Positions 23,265 to 35,229 of a stretch of 45,672 nt of DNA are shown piece after piece. The position numbers and the translations under genes were made by a program. Within the stretch, counting starts at the first letter, position 1; each line of letters starts with the position of its first letter. The DNA is from Chiloscyllium plagiosum. Taxonomy: Eukaryota. The stretch spans positions 835,897 to 881,568 of the forward strand of contig NC_057750.1 of assembly GCF_004010195.1 (NCBI RefSeq), given 5' to 3'. Under the pieces are notes generated by a model. It had not been told where the DNA came from. It did no database searches and saw only the letters and a list, made by a program, of their open reading frames with translations.

Positions 23265-23886
23265 ACTCATAGAGCTGTCCAGCACGGAAACATACCCTTT
23301 GGTCCAATATTACCACGCTGACCAGATATCCTAAATTAATCTGGCCCCATTTACCAGCATCTGGCCCATTTTCCTCTAAACCCTTCCTATTCATATACCC
23401 ATCCAGATGCCTTTCAAATGTTGTAATTGTACCAGCCTCCACCACTTCCTCTGGCAGCTCATTCCCTACACGTACCACCCTCTGTGTGAAAAAAGGTGCC
23501 CCTCGGGTCACTTTCATATCTTTCCCCTCTCACTCTAAACCTATGTCCTCTAGTTGTGGACTCCCCGACCCCAGGGAAAAGACCTTGTCTATTTATCCTA
23601 TCCATGTCCCTCATGATTTTGTAAACCTCTATAAGGTTACCCCTCAACCTCCGACGCTCCAGGAAAAACAGCTCCAGCCTATTCAGCCTCTCCCTCTAAC
23701 TCAAACCCTCCAACCCTGGCAACATCCTTGTAAATCTTTTCTGAACCCTTTCAAGTTCCACATCTTTCCTGTAGCTGGGTGACCAGAATTGAATGCAATA
23801 TTTTAAACGTGGCCTGACCTGACATCCCAACTCCCATAATCAATGTCAATAAAGGCAAGGGTAATAAACACCTTCTTCACAACCAC
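23265..23886 (-). mobile_element. HER1/CR1 LINE 3' portion
   Basis: ORFs 23221-23517 and 23459-23647: RGNLIEVYKIM, TRGHRFRV, FFTQRVV. Confidence 0.9.
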
Positions 23887-24674
23887 TTCACTTGACAATT
23901 GAAGATTCCAAAACCATGTTCCACAGCTTCCAAATATGGAAAGTAGTCACCCGTTCCTGCGTGAAGCCAGTATTGGACAGGGTCCGTAGAATCTTCGAGA
24001 AAGGCACCAAGCAGGGGAGAAAAGGGGTGATCTGGAGCTGCAGCTTGCTGTGCTTTACACACCATCTTCAACACCGTCCCCAGAGAGCTCCTTTGACCGG
24101 TAGCCAAGTTGCACAGAATGTCCAGCTTCTTGTAACTCGTGGTGAGCATCATCAGAAAAAAAACAGATCCAGCAGACACCTCAATGAGAGCACATGAAGA
24201 TCAGGCTCAGCCCCAGACAAGAAACAGGAAGCCAAGGCATTGACTGCAGATCCTGAAACACCAGCCAATCATGACAGACCCGAGGAACAGCCTGTCCCAG
24301 CCTGAGTGAATGGATATTACAGTCCTTTCAGACAAACTGTCTGAGTACAGTGGCATGGATCTGTGGATAGGGTGTAGCAAATCCTTGACAATGCATGTCA
24401 AAGGTAGTTAACTGAGTTTTCTCAGGATTCCTGTGAAGAATTTAATCGAGTTTAGTTAAAGTACAACAGTAGAATCTGATAAATATTGTTTTTCCATCAT
24501 AAAGAGTTCAGTTAAATTGTGTTGGAACTTATTCTGACTTTGTCCCCTTTGTCTATCTCACAGTGTAAATCCCCAGGGCTAAAAAAGGTTCCCAAAAACT
24601 GTTCATGGTCAATCTGGGGCTGGTCCTGATCTTCGTGTTGTCACACTGAGGTGTCTGTCGGGTCTGGTTAATTA

Positions 24675-24988
24675 GAGTCCCTACAGTGTGGAAACAGGCC
24701 CTTCAGCCCAACAAACCCACACCGAAGAGTAACCCACCCAGACCCATTCCCCTACCCTATATTTACCTCTGACAAATGCACCTGAACACTACGGGCAATT
24801 TAGCATGGCCAATTCACCCTGACCTGCACATCTTTGGACTATGGGAGGAAACCAGAGCACCCGGAGGAAACCCACGCAGACACGGGGAGAATGTGCAAAC
24901 ACCAAATAGACAGTCACCCAAGGCAGGAATTGAACCTGGGTCCCTGGCACTGTGAGGCAGCAGTGCTAACCACTGAGCCACCGTGCCA
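24675..24988 (-). mobile_element. HE1 SINE
   Basis: Reverse complement of the HE1 head (GCTAACCACTGAGCCACCGTGCC) and tail (CTACAGTGTGGAAACAGGCCC). Confidence 0.92.
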
Positions 24989-25584
24989 ATATGCACAGCA
25001 TCTTTCAAGTTATAGCACCCACCTGCCATCCTGCAATGTGGAACTCGGGAGCAACTATAGAAAGGTGAACCTGATTGTATTTTACAAAAGAATAATTGCT
25101 GTTTACTCCAGGGCTTGCACAATTCCTGGCTGTTCATCTAAAGCTGTAATATCTTTGAGAAAAGTGGACGAGGAGAAACAAAGGAAGAAACCTGAGTGAT
25201 AAAAAAGTAACTTCTAGAAGCTGCCATGTTCAATATTCCTGTCTGGTAGCATCAGGAAGTAAGCTGAGGATAGTCCACAGAGCAAAGCCTGGGGCTTCAC
25301 ACTGAAACATCAACGACGGGGTGACTCATCATCAGACAGACCTTCATCGCTGGGTGGAGTGAGTAACTAGCTGAAGCTGATTGCCCTGGAGCAGGTCCTG
25401 AGCCCACAGCGGAAACAATGAGCTCAGCCTCTGTTGGACTCAAATAATCTGGCTGTGTTGTTTGAAGAAATTCTCAGGATCGATACTATTCTGAAACATT
25501 CATCAAAAGCGCAACCTAATCATGTTCTTCATAATTAGATCCTGATCATTAACTCCTCTCTTTCCACCAGGTCAGGGAGCCTGT

Positions 25585-26176
25585 ACAAAGAACAAAGAAC
25601 AAAGAAAATTTACAGCCCAGGAACAGGCCCTTCGGCCCTCCAAGCCTGAGCCGATCCAAATCCACTGTCTAAACCTGTCGGTCAATCCCTAAGCATCTGT
25701 ATCCCTCTGCTCCCCACCTACTCATGCATCTGTCCAGACGCATCTTAAATGAATCTACCATGCCTGTCTCTACCGCCTCTGCTGGCAATGCGTTCCAAAC
25801 ACCCACCACCCTCTTTGTGAAGTACTTATCGCATGTATCCCCCTTAAACTTTCCACCTCTCACCTTGAAAGCATGACCTCTCGTTATTGAATCCTTCACC
25901 CTGGGAAAAAGCTTGTCTCTGTCCACCCTGTCTACACCCTTCATGATTTTGTAAACCTCAATCAGGTCCCCCCTCAATCTCCTTTATTCTAATGAAAATA
26001 AACCTAACCGACTCAACCTCTCTTCATAGCTAGCACCTTCCATTCCAGGCAACATCCTCGTAAACCTCCTCTGCACCCTCTCCAAAGTGTCCACATCCTT
26101 TTGGTAATGTGGCGACCAGAACTGTACACAATATTCTAAATGCGGCCAAACCAATGTCTTGTACAATTTTAACTGT
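25585..26176 (-). mobile_element. CR1 LINE 3' portion
   Basis: ORFs 25669-25977 and 25984-26211: [23 protein letters not shown]; (AAAGAAC)n tail. Confidence 0.92.
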
Positions 26177-26570
26177 AGTCCCTTGTCCTTCCAAAGAGTA
26201 ACCACTTTCACTTAACTTCAAGATCTTCATTAGAAAGAAGAAACAAAAGTGTTTTTTTATGATTGACTGATCATGTCTCGGTCCTGTAATTATTTCCCTT
26301 GGCACTTTCCTTCTAATTATTTTAGCAAGAATATTTCAGTTTCAGGACTGGATTTCTCGTAGGCATGGTTTTAAACACTTGAAAAATGTTTCTCCCACCA
26401 ATACACAATTTCTTTCACATTTTGAGATTCACCTTTTTGAGCCCTTCTTCTTATTTTATGAAGACAAGTCCCGAATTCTTGCTTCCAGCTCAGAGGTTTC
26501 AGGACCAGACTGACACACAATATAACATTCATGCTCACAGTATTACTATCTGTGATGGGTTATTTAGTTA

Positions 26571-26692
26571 TAGAGTCATAGAGTCATACAGCACACACAC
26601 AGACCCTTCAGTCAAACTCATGAGTGACCACCAAACATTCCATTCTAACATGGTCCCATTTGTCAGCACTTGGCCGCTATCCCTCCAAATCC
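26571..26692 (-). mobile_element. HER1-like 3' tail fragment
   Basis: (TAGAGTCA)n followed by TGGTCCCATTTGTCAGCACTTGGCC. Confidence 0.65.
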
Positions 26693-26890
26693 CGCCTCCC
26701 CTCTCCTGTGTTGACCTTCCAAGATGGCTGCAGTGTAGCAATGCAGCATTGGACTGCTGAGCTTGGGCTCATCGCCTTCTGCCTGCTTTTCTTATTTACC
26801 TTCTACGTCTGCCATTTCTCCTTTTCGTTTTTCTCCTTTGAAGCATTTTTCAGCTCCAGACGGGCATTGGCGGCTTCAGAACGGCAGTAA

Positions 26891-27000
26891 TGAGGAGGGG
26901 ATTGAGGAGTGAGTTTGGGAGGATGGGGTTTGAGGACGGAGTTCAGGAGGACAGGCATTGAGGAGGGAGTTCAGGAAGTCGAGTATTGAGGAGGGAGTGA
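26891..27000. repeat. Degenerate 28-bp purine-rich tandem repeat, about 4 copies
   Basis: TGAGGA(G/C)(T/G)GAGT recurs at 26903, 26931, 26959 and 26987. Confidence 0.7.
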
Positions 27001-27010
27001 TGGTGGAAGG

Positions 27011-30000
27011 GGTCCCTCTGCCAGTGCAGGGCTCCCTCTGCCAGTGCAGGGCTCCCTCTGCCAGTGCAGGGCTCCCTCTGCCAGTGCAGGGCTCCCTCTG
27101 CCAGTGCAGGGCTCCCTCTGCCAGTGCAGGGCTCCCTCTGCCAGTGCAGGGCTCCCTCTGCCAGTGCAGGGTTCACTCTGACAGTGCAGGGCTCTCTTTG
27201 ACAGTGCAGCATTGCCTCTGGCAGTGCAGGGCTCCTTCTGACACAGTGTAGGGCTCCCTCTGGCAGTGCAGGGTTCCCTCTGGCAGTGCAGGAATCCCTC
27301 TGACAGTGCAGGGTTCCCTCTAACAGTGCAGGGTTCCCTCTGGTAGTGCAGGGCTCCCTCTGACAGTGCAGGGATCCCTGTAGCAGTGCAGGGATCACTC
27401 TGACAGTGCATGTATCCCTCTGACAGTGCAGGGCTTCCTCTTGTAGTGCAGGGCTCCCTCAGACAGTGCAGGGCTCCCTCTGCCAGTGCAGGGCTCCCTC
27501 TGCCAGTGCAGGGCTCCCTCTGCCAGTGCAGGGCTCCCTCTGCCAGTGCAGGGCTCCCTCTGCCAGTGCAGGGCTCCCTCTGCCAGTGCAGGGCTCCCTC
27601 TGCCAGTGCAGGGCTCCCTCTGCCAGTGCAGGGCTCCCTCTGCCAGTGCAGGGCTCCCTCTGCCAGTGCAGGGTTCACTCTGACAGTGCAGGGCTCTCTT
27701 TGACAGTGCAGCATTGCCTCTGGCAGTGCAGGGCTCCTTCTGACACAGTGTAGGGCTCCCTCTGGCAGTGCAGGGTTCCCTCTGGCAGTGCAGGAATCCC
27801 TCTGACAGTGCAGGGTTCCCTCTAACAGTGCAGGGTTCCCTCTGGTAGTGCAGGGCTCCCTCTGACAGTGCAGGGATCCCTGTAGCAGTGCAGGGATCAC
27901 TCTGACAGTGCATGTATCCCTCTGACAGTGCAGGGCTTCCTCTTGTAGTGCAGGGCTCCCTCAGACAGTGCAGGGCTCCCTCTGCCAGTGCAGGGCTCCC
28001 TCTGCCAGTGCAGGGCTCCCTCTGCCAGTGCAGGGCTCCCTCTGCCAGTGCAGGGCTCCCTCTGCCAGTGCAGGGCTCCCTCTGCCAGTGCAGGGCTCCC
28101 TCTGCCAGTGCAGGGCTCCCTCTGCCAGTGCAGGGCTCCCTCTGCCAGTGCAGGGCTCCCTCTGCCAGTGCAGGGTTCACTCTGACAGTGCAGGGCTCTC
28201 TTTGACAGTGCAGCATTGCCTCTGGCAGTGCAGGGCTCCTTCTGACACAGTGTAGGGCTCCCTCTGGCAGTGCAGGGTTCCCTCTGGCAGTGCAGGAATC
28301 CCTCTGACAGTGCAGGGTTCCCTCTAACAGTGCAGGGTTCCCTCTGGTAGTGCAGGGCTCCCTCTGACAGTGCAGGGATCCCTGTAGCAGTGCAGGGATC
28401 ACTCTGACAGTGCATGTATCCCTCTGACAGTGCAGGGCTTCCTCTTGTAGTGCAGGGCTCCCTCAGACAGTGCAGGGCTCCCTCTGCCAGTGCAGGGCTC
28501 CCTCTGCCAGTGCAGGGCTCCCTCTGCCAGTGCAGGGCTCCCTCTGCCAGTGCAGGGCTCCCTCTGCCAGTGCAGGGCTCCCTCTGCCAGTGCAGGGCTC
28601 CCTCTGCCAGTGCAGGGCTCCCTCTGCCAGTGCAGGGCTCCCTCTGCCAGTGCAGGGCTCCCTCTGCCAGTGCAGGGTTCACTCTGACAGTGCAGGGCTC
28701 TCTTTGACAGTGCAGCATTGCCTCTGGCAGTGCAGGGCTCCTTCTGACACAGTGTAGGGCTCCCTCTGGCAGTGCAGGGTTCCCTCTGGCAGTGCAGGAA
28801 TCCCTCTGACAGTGCAGGGTTCCCTCTAACAGTGCAGGGTTCCCTCTGGTAGTGCAGGGCTCCCTCTGACAGTGCAGGGATCCCTGTAGCAGTGCAGGGA
28901 TCACTCTGACAGTGCATGTATCCCTCTGACAGTGCAGGGCTTCCTCTTGTAGTGCAGGGCTCCCTCAGACAGTGCAGGGCTCCCTCTGCCAGTGCAGGGC
29001 TCCCTCTGCCAGTGCAGGGCTCCCTCTGCCAGTGCAGGGCTCCCTCTGCCAGTGCAGGGCTCCCTCTGCCAGTGCAGGGCTCCCTCTGCCAGTGCAGGGC
29101 TCCCTCTGCCAGTGCAGGGCTCCCTCTGCCAGTGCAGGGCTCCCTCTGCCAGTGCAGGGCTCCCTCTGCCAGTGCAGGGTTCACTCTGACAGTGCAGGGC
29201 TCTCTTTGACAGTGCAGCATTGCCTCTGGCAGTGCAGGGCTCCTTCTGACACAGTGTAGGGCTCCCTCTGGCAGTGCAGGGTTCCCTCTGGCAGTGCAGG
29301 AATCCCTCTGACAGTGCAGGGTTCCCTCTAACAGTGCAGGGTTCCCTCTGGTAGTGCAGGGCTCCCTCTGACAGTGCAGGGATCCCTGTAGCAGTGCAGG
29401 GATCACTCTGACAGTGCATGTATCCCTCTGACAGTGCAGGGCTTCCTCTTGTAGTGCAGGGCTCCCTCAGACAGTGCAGGGCTCCCTCTGCCAGTGCAGG
29501 GCTCCCTCTGCCAGTGCAGGGCTCCCTCTGCCAGTGCAGGGCTCCCTCTGCCAGTGCAGGGCTCCCTCTGCCAGTGCAGGGCTCCCTCTGCCAGTGCAGG
29601 GCTCCCTCTGCCAGTGCAGGGCTCCCTCTGCCAGTGCAGGGCTCCCTCTGCCAGTGCAGGGCTCCCTCTGCCAGTGCAGGGTTCACTCTGACAGTGCAGG
29701 GCTCTCTTTGACAGTGCAGCATTGCCTCTGGCAGTGCAGGGCTCCTTCTGACACAGTGTAGGGCTCCCTCTGGCAGTGCAGGGTTCCCTCTGGCAGTGCA
29801 GGAATCCCTCTGACAGTGCAGGGTTCCCTCTAACAGTGCAGGGTTCCCTCTGGTAGTGCAGGGCTCCCTCTGACAGTGCAGGGATCCCTGTAGCAGTGCA
29901 GGGATCACTCTGACAGTGCATGTATCCCTCTGACAGTGCAGGGCTTCCTCTTGTAGTGCAGGGCTCCCTCAGACAGTGCAGGGCTCCCTCTGCCAGTGCA

Positions 30001-30600
30001 GGGCTCCCTCTGCCAGTGCAGGGCTCCCTCTGCCAGTGCAGGGCTCCCTCTGCCAGTGCAGGGCTCCCTCTGCCAGTGCAGGGCTCCCTCTGCCAGTGCA
30101 GGGCTCCCTCTGCCAGTGCAGGGCTCCCTCTGCCAGTGCAGGGCTCCCTCTGCCAGTGCAGGGCTCCCTCTGCCAGTGCAGGGTTCACTCTGACAGTGCA
30201 GGGCTCTCTTTGACAATGCAGCATTGCCTCTGGCAGTGCAGGGCTCCTTCTGACACAGTGTAGGGCTCCCTCTGGCAGTGCAGGGTTCCCTCTGGCAGTG
30301 CAGGAATCCCTCTGACAGTGCAGGGTTCCCTCTGGCTGTGCAGAGCTCCCTCTGGCTGTGCAGCACTCCCTCTGGCAATGCAGGGCTCCCTCTGACAGTG
30401 TAGCACTTCCTCTGGCAGTGCAGGGCTCCCTCTTACAGTGCAGGGCTCCCTCTGGCAGTGCAGGGCTCCCTCTGGCAGTGCAGTGTTCCCTCTGACAGTG
30501 CAGCACTTCCTCTGGCAGTGCAGGGCTCCCTCTTACAGTGCAGGGTTCCCTCTGGCAGTGCAGGATTCCTTCTGACTGTGCAGGGCTCCTTCTGTACTGC
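27011..30600. repeat. 20-bp satellite (GCTCCCTCTGCCAGTGCAGG) with 502-bp higher-order repeat
   Basis: HOR starts at 27171, 27673, 28175, 28677, 29179, 29681 and 30183; each full HOR = 15 variant monomers (one of 22 bp) + 10 identical monomers; the ORF track shows the 502-bp period. Confidence 0.97.
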
Positions 30601-30739
30601 TTTGGACCTGCAGCTTGTATTGGTCATTCATTACCTTCTGCAGCATGAGGTCACATTGACTCCGTTTTAGTTGATGATGGACTAATGCGATAAGCTGGGA
30701 TATACGTGGATTGTAGTAAGAATTTACTGAAAGCTGTTT

Positions 30740-30925
30740 TCCCGTGGTTAACAGCAATGGGAACAATTCCAAGAACAACGCTGGATTAAGACTTGGTTGA
30801 ACAGTAGTGAACAGATGGTGGTTATAAATGAAACTTGTTTAAATGGACAGTAGTGACTCAGTGAATCTCCCAGGAACCTGCGCTCCTGTATCGGCTGGTC
30901 TGACTGCTCATTAATGATCATGAAA
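30740..30925 (+). mobile_element. Very old CR1 RT remnant
   Basis: WIKTWLNSSEQMVVINE...LLIND resembles the CR1 WIxNWL...QRVVING...YINDL motif, with stops. Confidence 0.45.
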
Positions 30926-31318
30926 CACAGAGCTTGCATTCTCTTGTAATACAAATTGTGCAGAAGAGCACAGGAAACTAGTGGCTTGGCAATCATTCAA
31001 ATAGATTTAGAGAGACTTTACTAAAGAACATGCTTCATTGAACAGTCTGAGGTCACACGAACGTTACTAAAGATAATAATTATGATACTAGATGAAAGGT
31101 ATAACCTCTCAGAATGTGCAGGAGGCTGGAATAATTGTCCAGCTATTAAAAATACCTTTATAACATAATCCAGTGATTACTGAGCAAAAACAGAATGTAT
31201 TGAGTAAGAGGCATTGATTATGAGGCTTTAATAAGCAAGCTCCATTGGTTTGATGGGTATATACACCATCTCTTGCAGCACCAGGTAATACAGAACCCAA
31301 CAGATAGATACTGAAAAC

Positions 31319-31450
31319 AGCTCTGAGAAAGAGTCATCTAGACTCGAAACATGAGCTTGCTCTCTGTCCATGGATACTGCCTGGCCTGCTGTGATCTCCA
31401 GTAATGGTTGTTTTCAGGACAGATTTCAGCATCTGTAGTAACTTGTTCCC
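31319..31450 (+). mobile_element. PLE pLTR fragment with hammerhead-like motif (31319-31357)
   Basis: AGCT-CTGAGAA-A-GAGTC-ATCTA-GACTC-GAAAC-ATG-AGCT. Confidence 0.6.
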
Positions 31451-31454
31451 CCAA

Positions 31455-33565
31455 TAGAGTCATAGAGATGTACAGCACGGAAAAATCCCTCAGTCCATGC
31501 TGACCTGATATCCTAACCTAATCTAGTCCCATTTAGACCATAAGACCATAAGACATAGGAGCAGAAGTAAGGCCATTCAGCCCAGTGAGTCCACTCCGCC
31601 AATCAATCATGGCTGATGGGCATTTCAACACCACTTACCTACACTCTCCCCGTAGCCCTTAATTCCTTGTGAGATTAAGAATTTATCAATCTCTGCCTTG
31701 AAGACATTTAATGTCCTGGCCTCCACTGCGCTTCGTGGCAATGAATTCCACAGGCCCACCACTCTCTGGCTGAAGAAATGTCTCCTCATTTCCATTCTAA
31801 ATTGACCCCCTCTAATTCTAAGGCTGTGCCCACAGGTCCTAGTCTCCCCACCTAATGGAAGCTACATCCCAGCAATCATCCTTTCTAAGCCACGCATTAT
31901 CTTGTAAGTTTCTATTAGATCTCCCCTCAACCTTCTAAACACTAATGAATACAATCCCAGGATCCTCAACTGTTCATCATATGTCAGGCCTACCATTCCA
32001 GGGATCATCCATGTCAATCCCCACTGGACATGCTCCAATGCCAGTATGTCCTTCCTAAGGGGTGGTGCCGAGACTTGGATGCAATATTCTAAATGGTGCC
32101 TAACCAGAGCTTTATAAAGTTTCAGAAGCACATTGCTGCTTTTATATTCCAACCCTCATGAGATAAATGATAACATTACATTTGCTTTCCTAATCACAGA
32201 CTCAACCTGCAAGTTAACCTTTCGAGAATTCCGGACTAGCATTCCCAGGTCCCTTTGAACTTCTCCCTCACGCTCCAATATCCTTTCAATCCGGTTGGAG
32301 ATGTCCTGCACCCTGGAGCCGGGCAGGCAACACACCATGCGGGACTCCCGATCCAGCTCACAAAGGATACTATCTGTCCCCCTAATTATAAAGTCCCCCA
32401 TAACGATTACTTGACTTTTTGCTCCCCCCTCTTGAATGGCCTTCTGCACCATGGCGCCGTGGTCAGCTGGCTCATCCTGTCCACAGCCCTTTCCCTCATC
32501 CATACAGGAAACAAAAATCTCAGACAAGGTCAAGGGTTGGACAAGGTCAAGGGCTGAGGATCCTGCACCCCTGAACTCAGAATCCCCCTACCTGCCTCAC
32601 TTACCATCACACCCTGTTGGTCCTGATCACTGACTGAATTTGAATTACTTGATCTGCCGGGTGTGAATGCCTCCTGAAACAAAGCGTCCCAGGTACCTCT
32701 CCCCCTCCTGGATGTGCTGCAATATTTGAAGCTCAGATTCCAGATCATTAATTCTGAGCCGGAGTTCTTCCAGCATGTGCCAGCCCTTGGCCCATATCCC
32801 TCCAAACCCTTCCTAGTCATATACCCATCAGATGCCCTTTAAGTGTTGTAATTGTCCCAGCCTCCACCACATCCTCTGGCAGCTCATTCCATACACGTAC
32901 CACCCTCTGCGTAAAAAAGTTGCCCCTTAGGTCTCTTTTATATCTTTCCCCTTTCACCCTAAACCTATGCCCTCTAGTTCTGGACTCCCCCACCCCAGGG
33001 AAAAGACTTTCTCTATTTACCCTATCCTCGACTCCATGATTTTATAAACCTCTATAATGTCACCCCTCAGCCTCCGACACTCCAAACTATTCAGCCTCTC
33101 CCTATAGCGCAAATCCTCCAACCCTGGCAACACCCTTGTAACTTTTTTCTGAACCCTTTCAAGTTTCAGACCATCCTTCCTTTTACTGCACACAGTATTC
33201 TAAAAGTGGCCTAACCAATGTCCTGTACAGCTGCAACATGACCTCCCAACTCCTGTACTCAATACTCTGACCAATAAAGGAAAGCATACCAAATGCCTTC
33301 ATCACTATCCTATCTACCTGCGACTCCACTTTCAAGGAGCTGTGAACCTGCACTCCAAGGTCTCTTTGTTCAGCAACACTCCCCAGGACCTCACCGTGAA
33401 GTGTGTAAGTCCTGCCTTGATTTGCCTTTCTAAAATGCAGCACCTCACATTTATCTAAGTTAACCTCCATCTGACACTCCTCAGCCCATTGGCCCATCTG
33501 ATCCAGGTCCTGTCCTACTCTGAGGTAACCTTTTTTGCTCTCTACTACACCTCCAATTTTGGTGT
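31455..33565 (-). mobile_element. HER1/CR1 3' portion (31455-31534 and 32779-33565) interrupted by a nested CR1
   Basis: ORF 33183-33584: KCEVLHF, RDLGV, RPLLEYCVQ; the tail ATCTAGTCCCATTT|GCCAGC is split. Confidence 0.88.
31535..32778 (-). mobile_element. Internally deleted CR1: ORF1 (SGNH/GDSL esterase) fused to ORF2 C-terminus
   Basis: ORF 32156-32533: VIVMGDFIIRGTD...RMVCCLPGSRVQDI...ERILEREGE then VQRDLGMLV; ORF 31862-32152: HLEYCIQ, RRLRGDLIE; (AGACCATA)n tail. Confidence 0.85.
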
Positions 33566-33569
33566 AGAC

Positions 33570-33718
33570 AGACAGATAGATCATTTTTGAACAGTACAGG
33601 AATTAAGGGTTATGGTGAGTGGGCGACTAAGTGGAGCTGAGTTCTTGAAAAGGTCAGCTATGATCTTATTGAATGGCAGAGCAGATGTGAGGGGCCAGGT
33701 AGCCTCCTCCTGCTCCTA
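33570..33718 (+). mobile_element. CR1 3' tail fragment
   Basis: Similar to 1395-1540: GGTTATGGTGAG...TGAATGGCAGAGCAG...CCTCCTCCTGCTCCTA. Confidence 0.7.
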
Positions 33719-34040
33719 GGTAAAAACAATGACTGCAGATGCTGGAAACCAGATTCTGGATCAGTGGTGCTGGAAGAGCACAGCAATTCAGGCAGCATCC
33801 GAGGAGTGTTCAATGCAGGCAGCATCAGGCAATATCAGTGAACGAGGAAAGTGAGGACTGCAGATGCTGGAGATCAGAGTCGAGAGTGTGGTGCTGGAAA
33901 AGCACAGTAGGTCAGACAGCATCCCAGGAGCAGGAAAATCGACATTTCGGGGATAAGCCCTAAAGAGCTGGATACATCGATTCTCCTGCTCCTCGGATGC
34001 TGCCTAACCTGCTGTGCTTTTCCAGTACCACACTCTCGAC
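33719..34040. mobile_element. Cluster of PLE terminal fragments, including a hairpin (about 33879-33945 paired with 33975-34040)
   Basis: GTCGAGAGTGTGGTGCTGGAAAAGCACAG pairs with CTGTGCTTTTCCAGTACCACACTCTCGAC. Confidence 0.75.
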
Positions 34041-34494
34041 CCCATTATTAGTGAAAGGTGATTTTGTGTTAGATCAATGATGTTGGCTCAATGTGCCACA
34101 AATTGGTTTATCCCAGGCCAGAGAGAGGGAAGGACACTAGGATTCAAGCTGACCTTTGCAAAGGCATGTGGACATTCACTGGAAAGTGTGACAATGATGA
34201 TTAAATAAATGAATGATACTCTCACTGCAGATGTCGCATGTGTGAAATGGTTGCATGCAGAAACAGTCTCATCGCGGTGAACACATTAGAATTACAATGG
34301 GATTTGATTGTCACATGTACCCGTGCACAGAGGTACATAAACACAAGGAGTTCTCTCTGAGCTTTCCATTCTCTGACGCTATCTTCACTACACAAACCAG
34401 AATTAACAGAAACGATTATCTTAGATACAAAACCAAACAAGTATTTTAAATGCAAAAAACAAATTTAAAATTCAAAAGCAGAAATACAAGAAAC

Positions 34495-34638
34495 AGAGCC
34501 AAGAGTTGTACAGCACAGAAAGAGACCTTTCAGTCCAACCAGCCCATGTTGACCATTATCTTAAGCTAAACTAGTCTCACCTGCCTGCTCCTGGCCCATA
34601 TCCCTCCAAACCTTTCCTACCCATGTACTTATCCAAGT
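34495..34638 (-). mobile_element. HER1-like 3' tail fragment
   Basis: GTACAGCACAGAAAGAGACC...CTGGCCCATATCCCTCCAAACC. Confidence 0.7.
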
Positions 34639-35077
34639 ACAGAGGGAATGCTGCATTGTCAGAGGGATCCCTGCACTGTCAGAGAGAGCCCCGCACTGCC
34701 AGAGGGAGCCCTGCACTGCCAGAGGGATCCCTGCACTGTCAGATAGAGCCCTGCACTGACAGAGGGATCCCTGCACTGTCAGAGGGATCCCCACACTGCC
34801 AGAGGGAATGCTGCACTGTCAGTGGGATCCCTGCACTGCCAGAGGGATCCCTGCACTGTCAGAGGGATCCCCACACTGCCAGAGGGAATGCTGCACTGTC
34901 AGAGGGATCCCTGCACTGTCAGAGGGAACCCTGCACTGTCAGTGGGATCCCTGCACTGCCAGAGGGTTCCCTGCACTGTCAGAGGGATCCCCGCACTGCC
35001 AGAGGGAATGCTGCACTGTCAGAGGGATCCCTGCACTGTCAGATAGAGCCCTGCACTGACAGAAGGAGCACTGCATT
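34639..35077. repeat. 20-bp satellite in inverted orientation relative to 27011-30600 (CAGAGGGATCCCTGCACTGT)
   Basis: About 22 monomers; reverse complement ACAGTGCAGGGATCCCTCTG belongs to the same monomer family. Confidence 0.95.
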
Positions 35078-35229
35078 CTCGGAGGGGTTGCCTCATTATT
35101 GGAGGATCTGAATATTGTGATTTGCCTCATGATTAGTCTGTCAGCGTACCTTTAAGGGATGTGCCCACAGTATCCTATTATGTGCCCTGAGATCTCAAAT
35201 TCCACCTTCACTCAGGTCACTTGAAGCAC

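Noticed and set aside
23892..24197. 101-aa ORF in non-repetitive sequence
   Set aside because: Non-ATG start, no recognisable domain and no convincing splice sites
27011..30600. CRISPR-like array
   Set aside because: Contiguous tandem monomers with no unique spacers, eukaryotic context and no cas genes
26943..30627. Long 300-367 aa Cys/His-rich repetitive ORFs (LHWQREPCTGRGSPALAEGA)n
   Set aside because: By-product of a 20-bp monomer with few stops; the 502-bp period shifts the frame each unit and all frames give the same peptide; no splice or domain support
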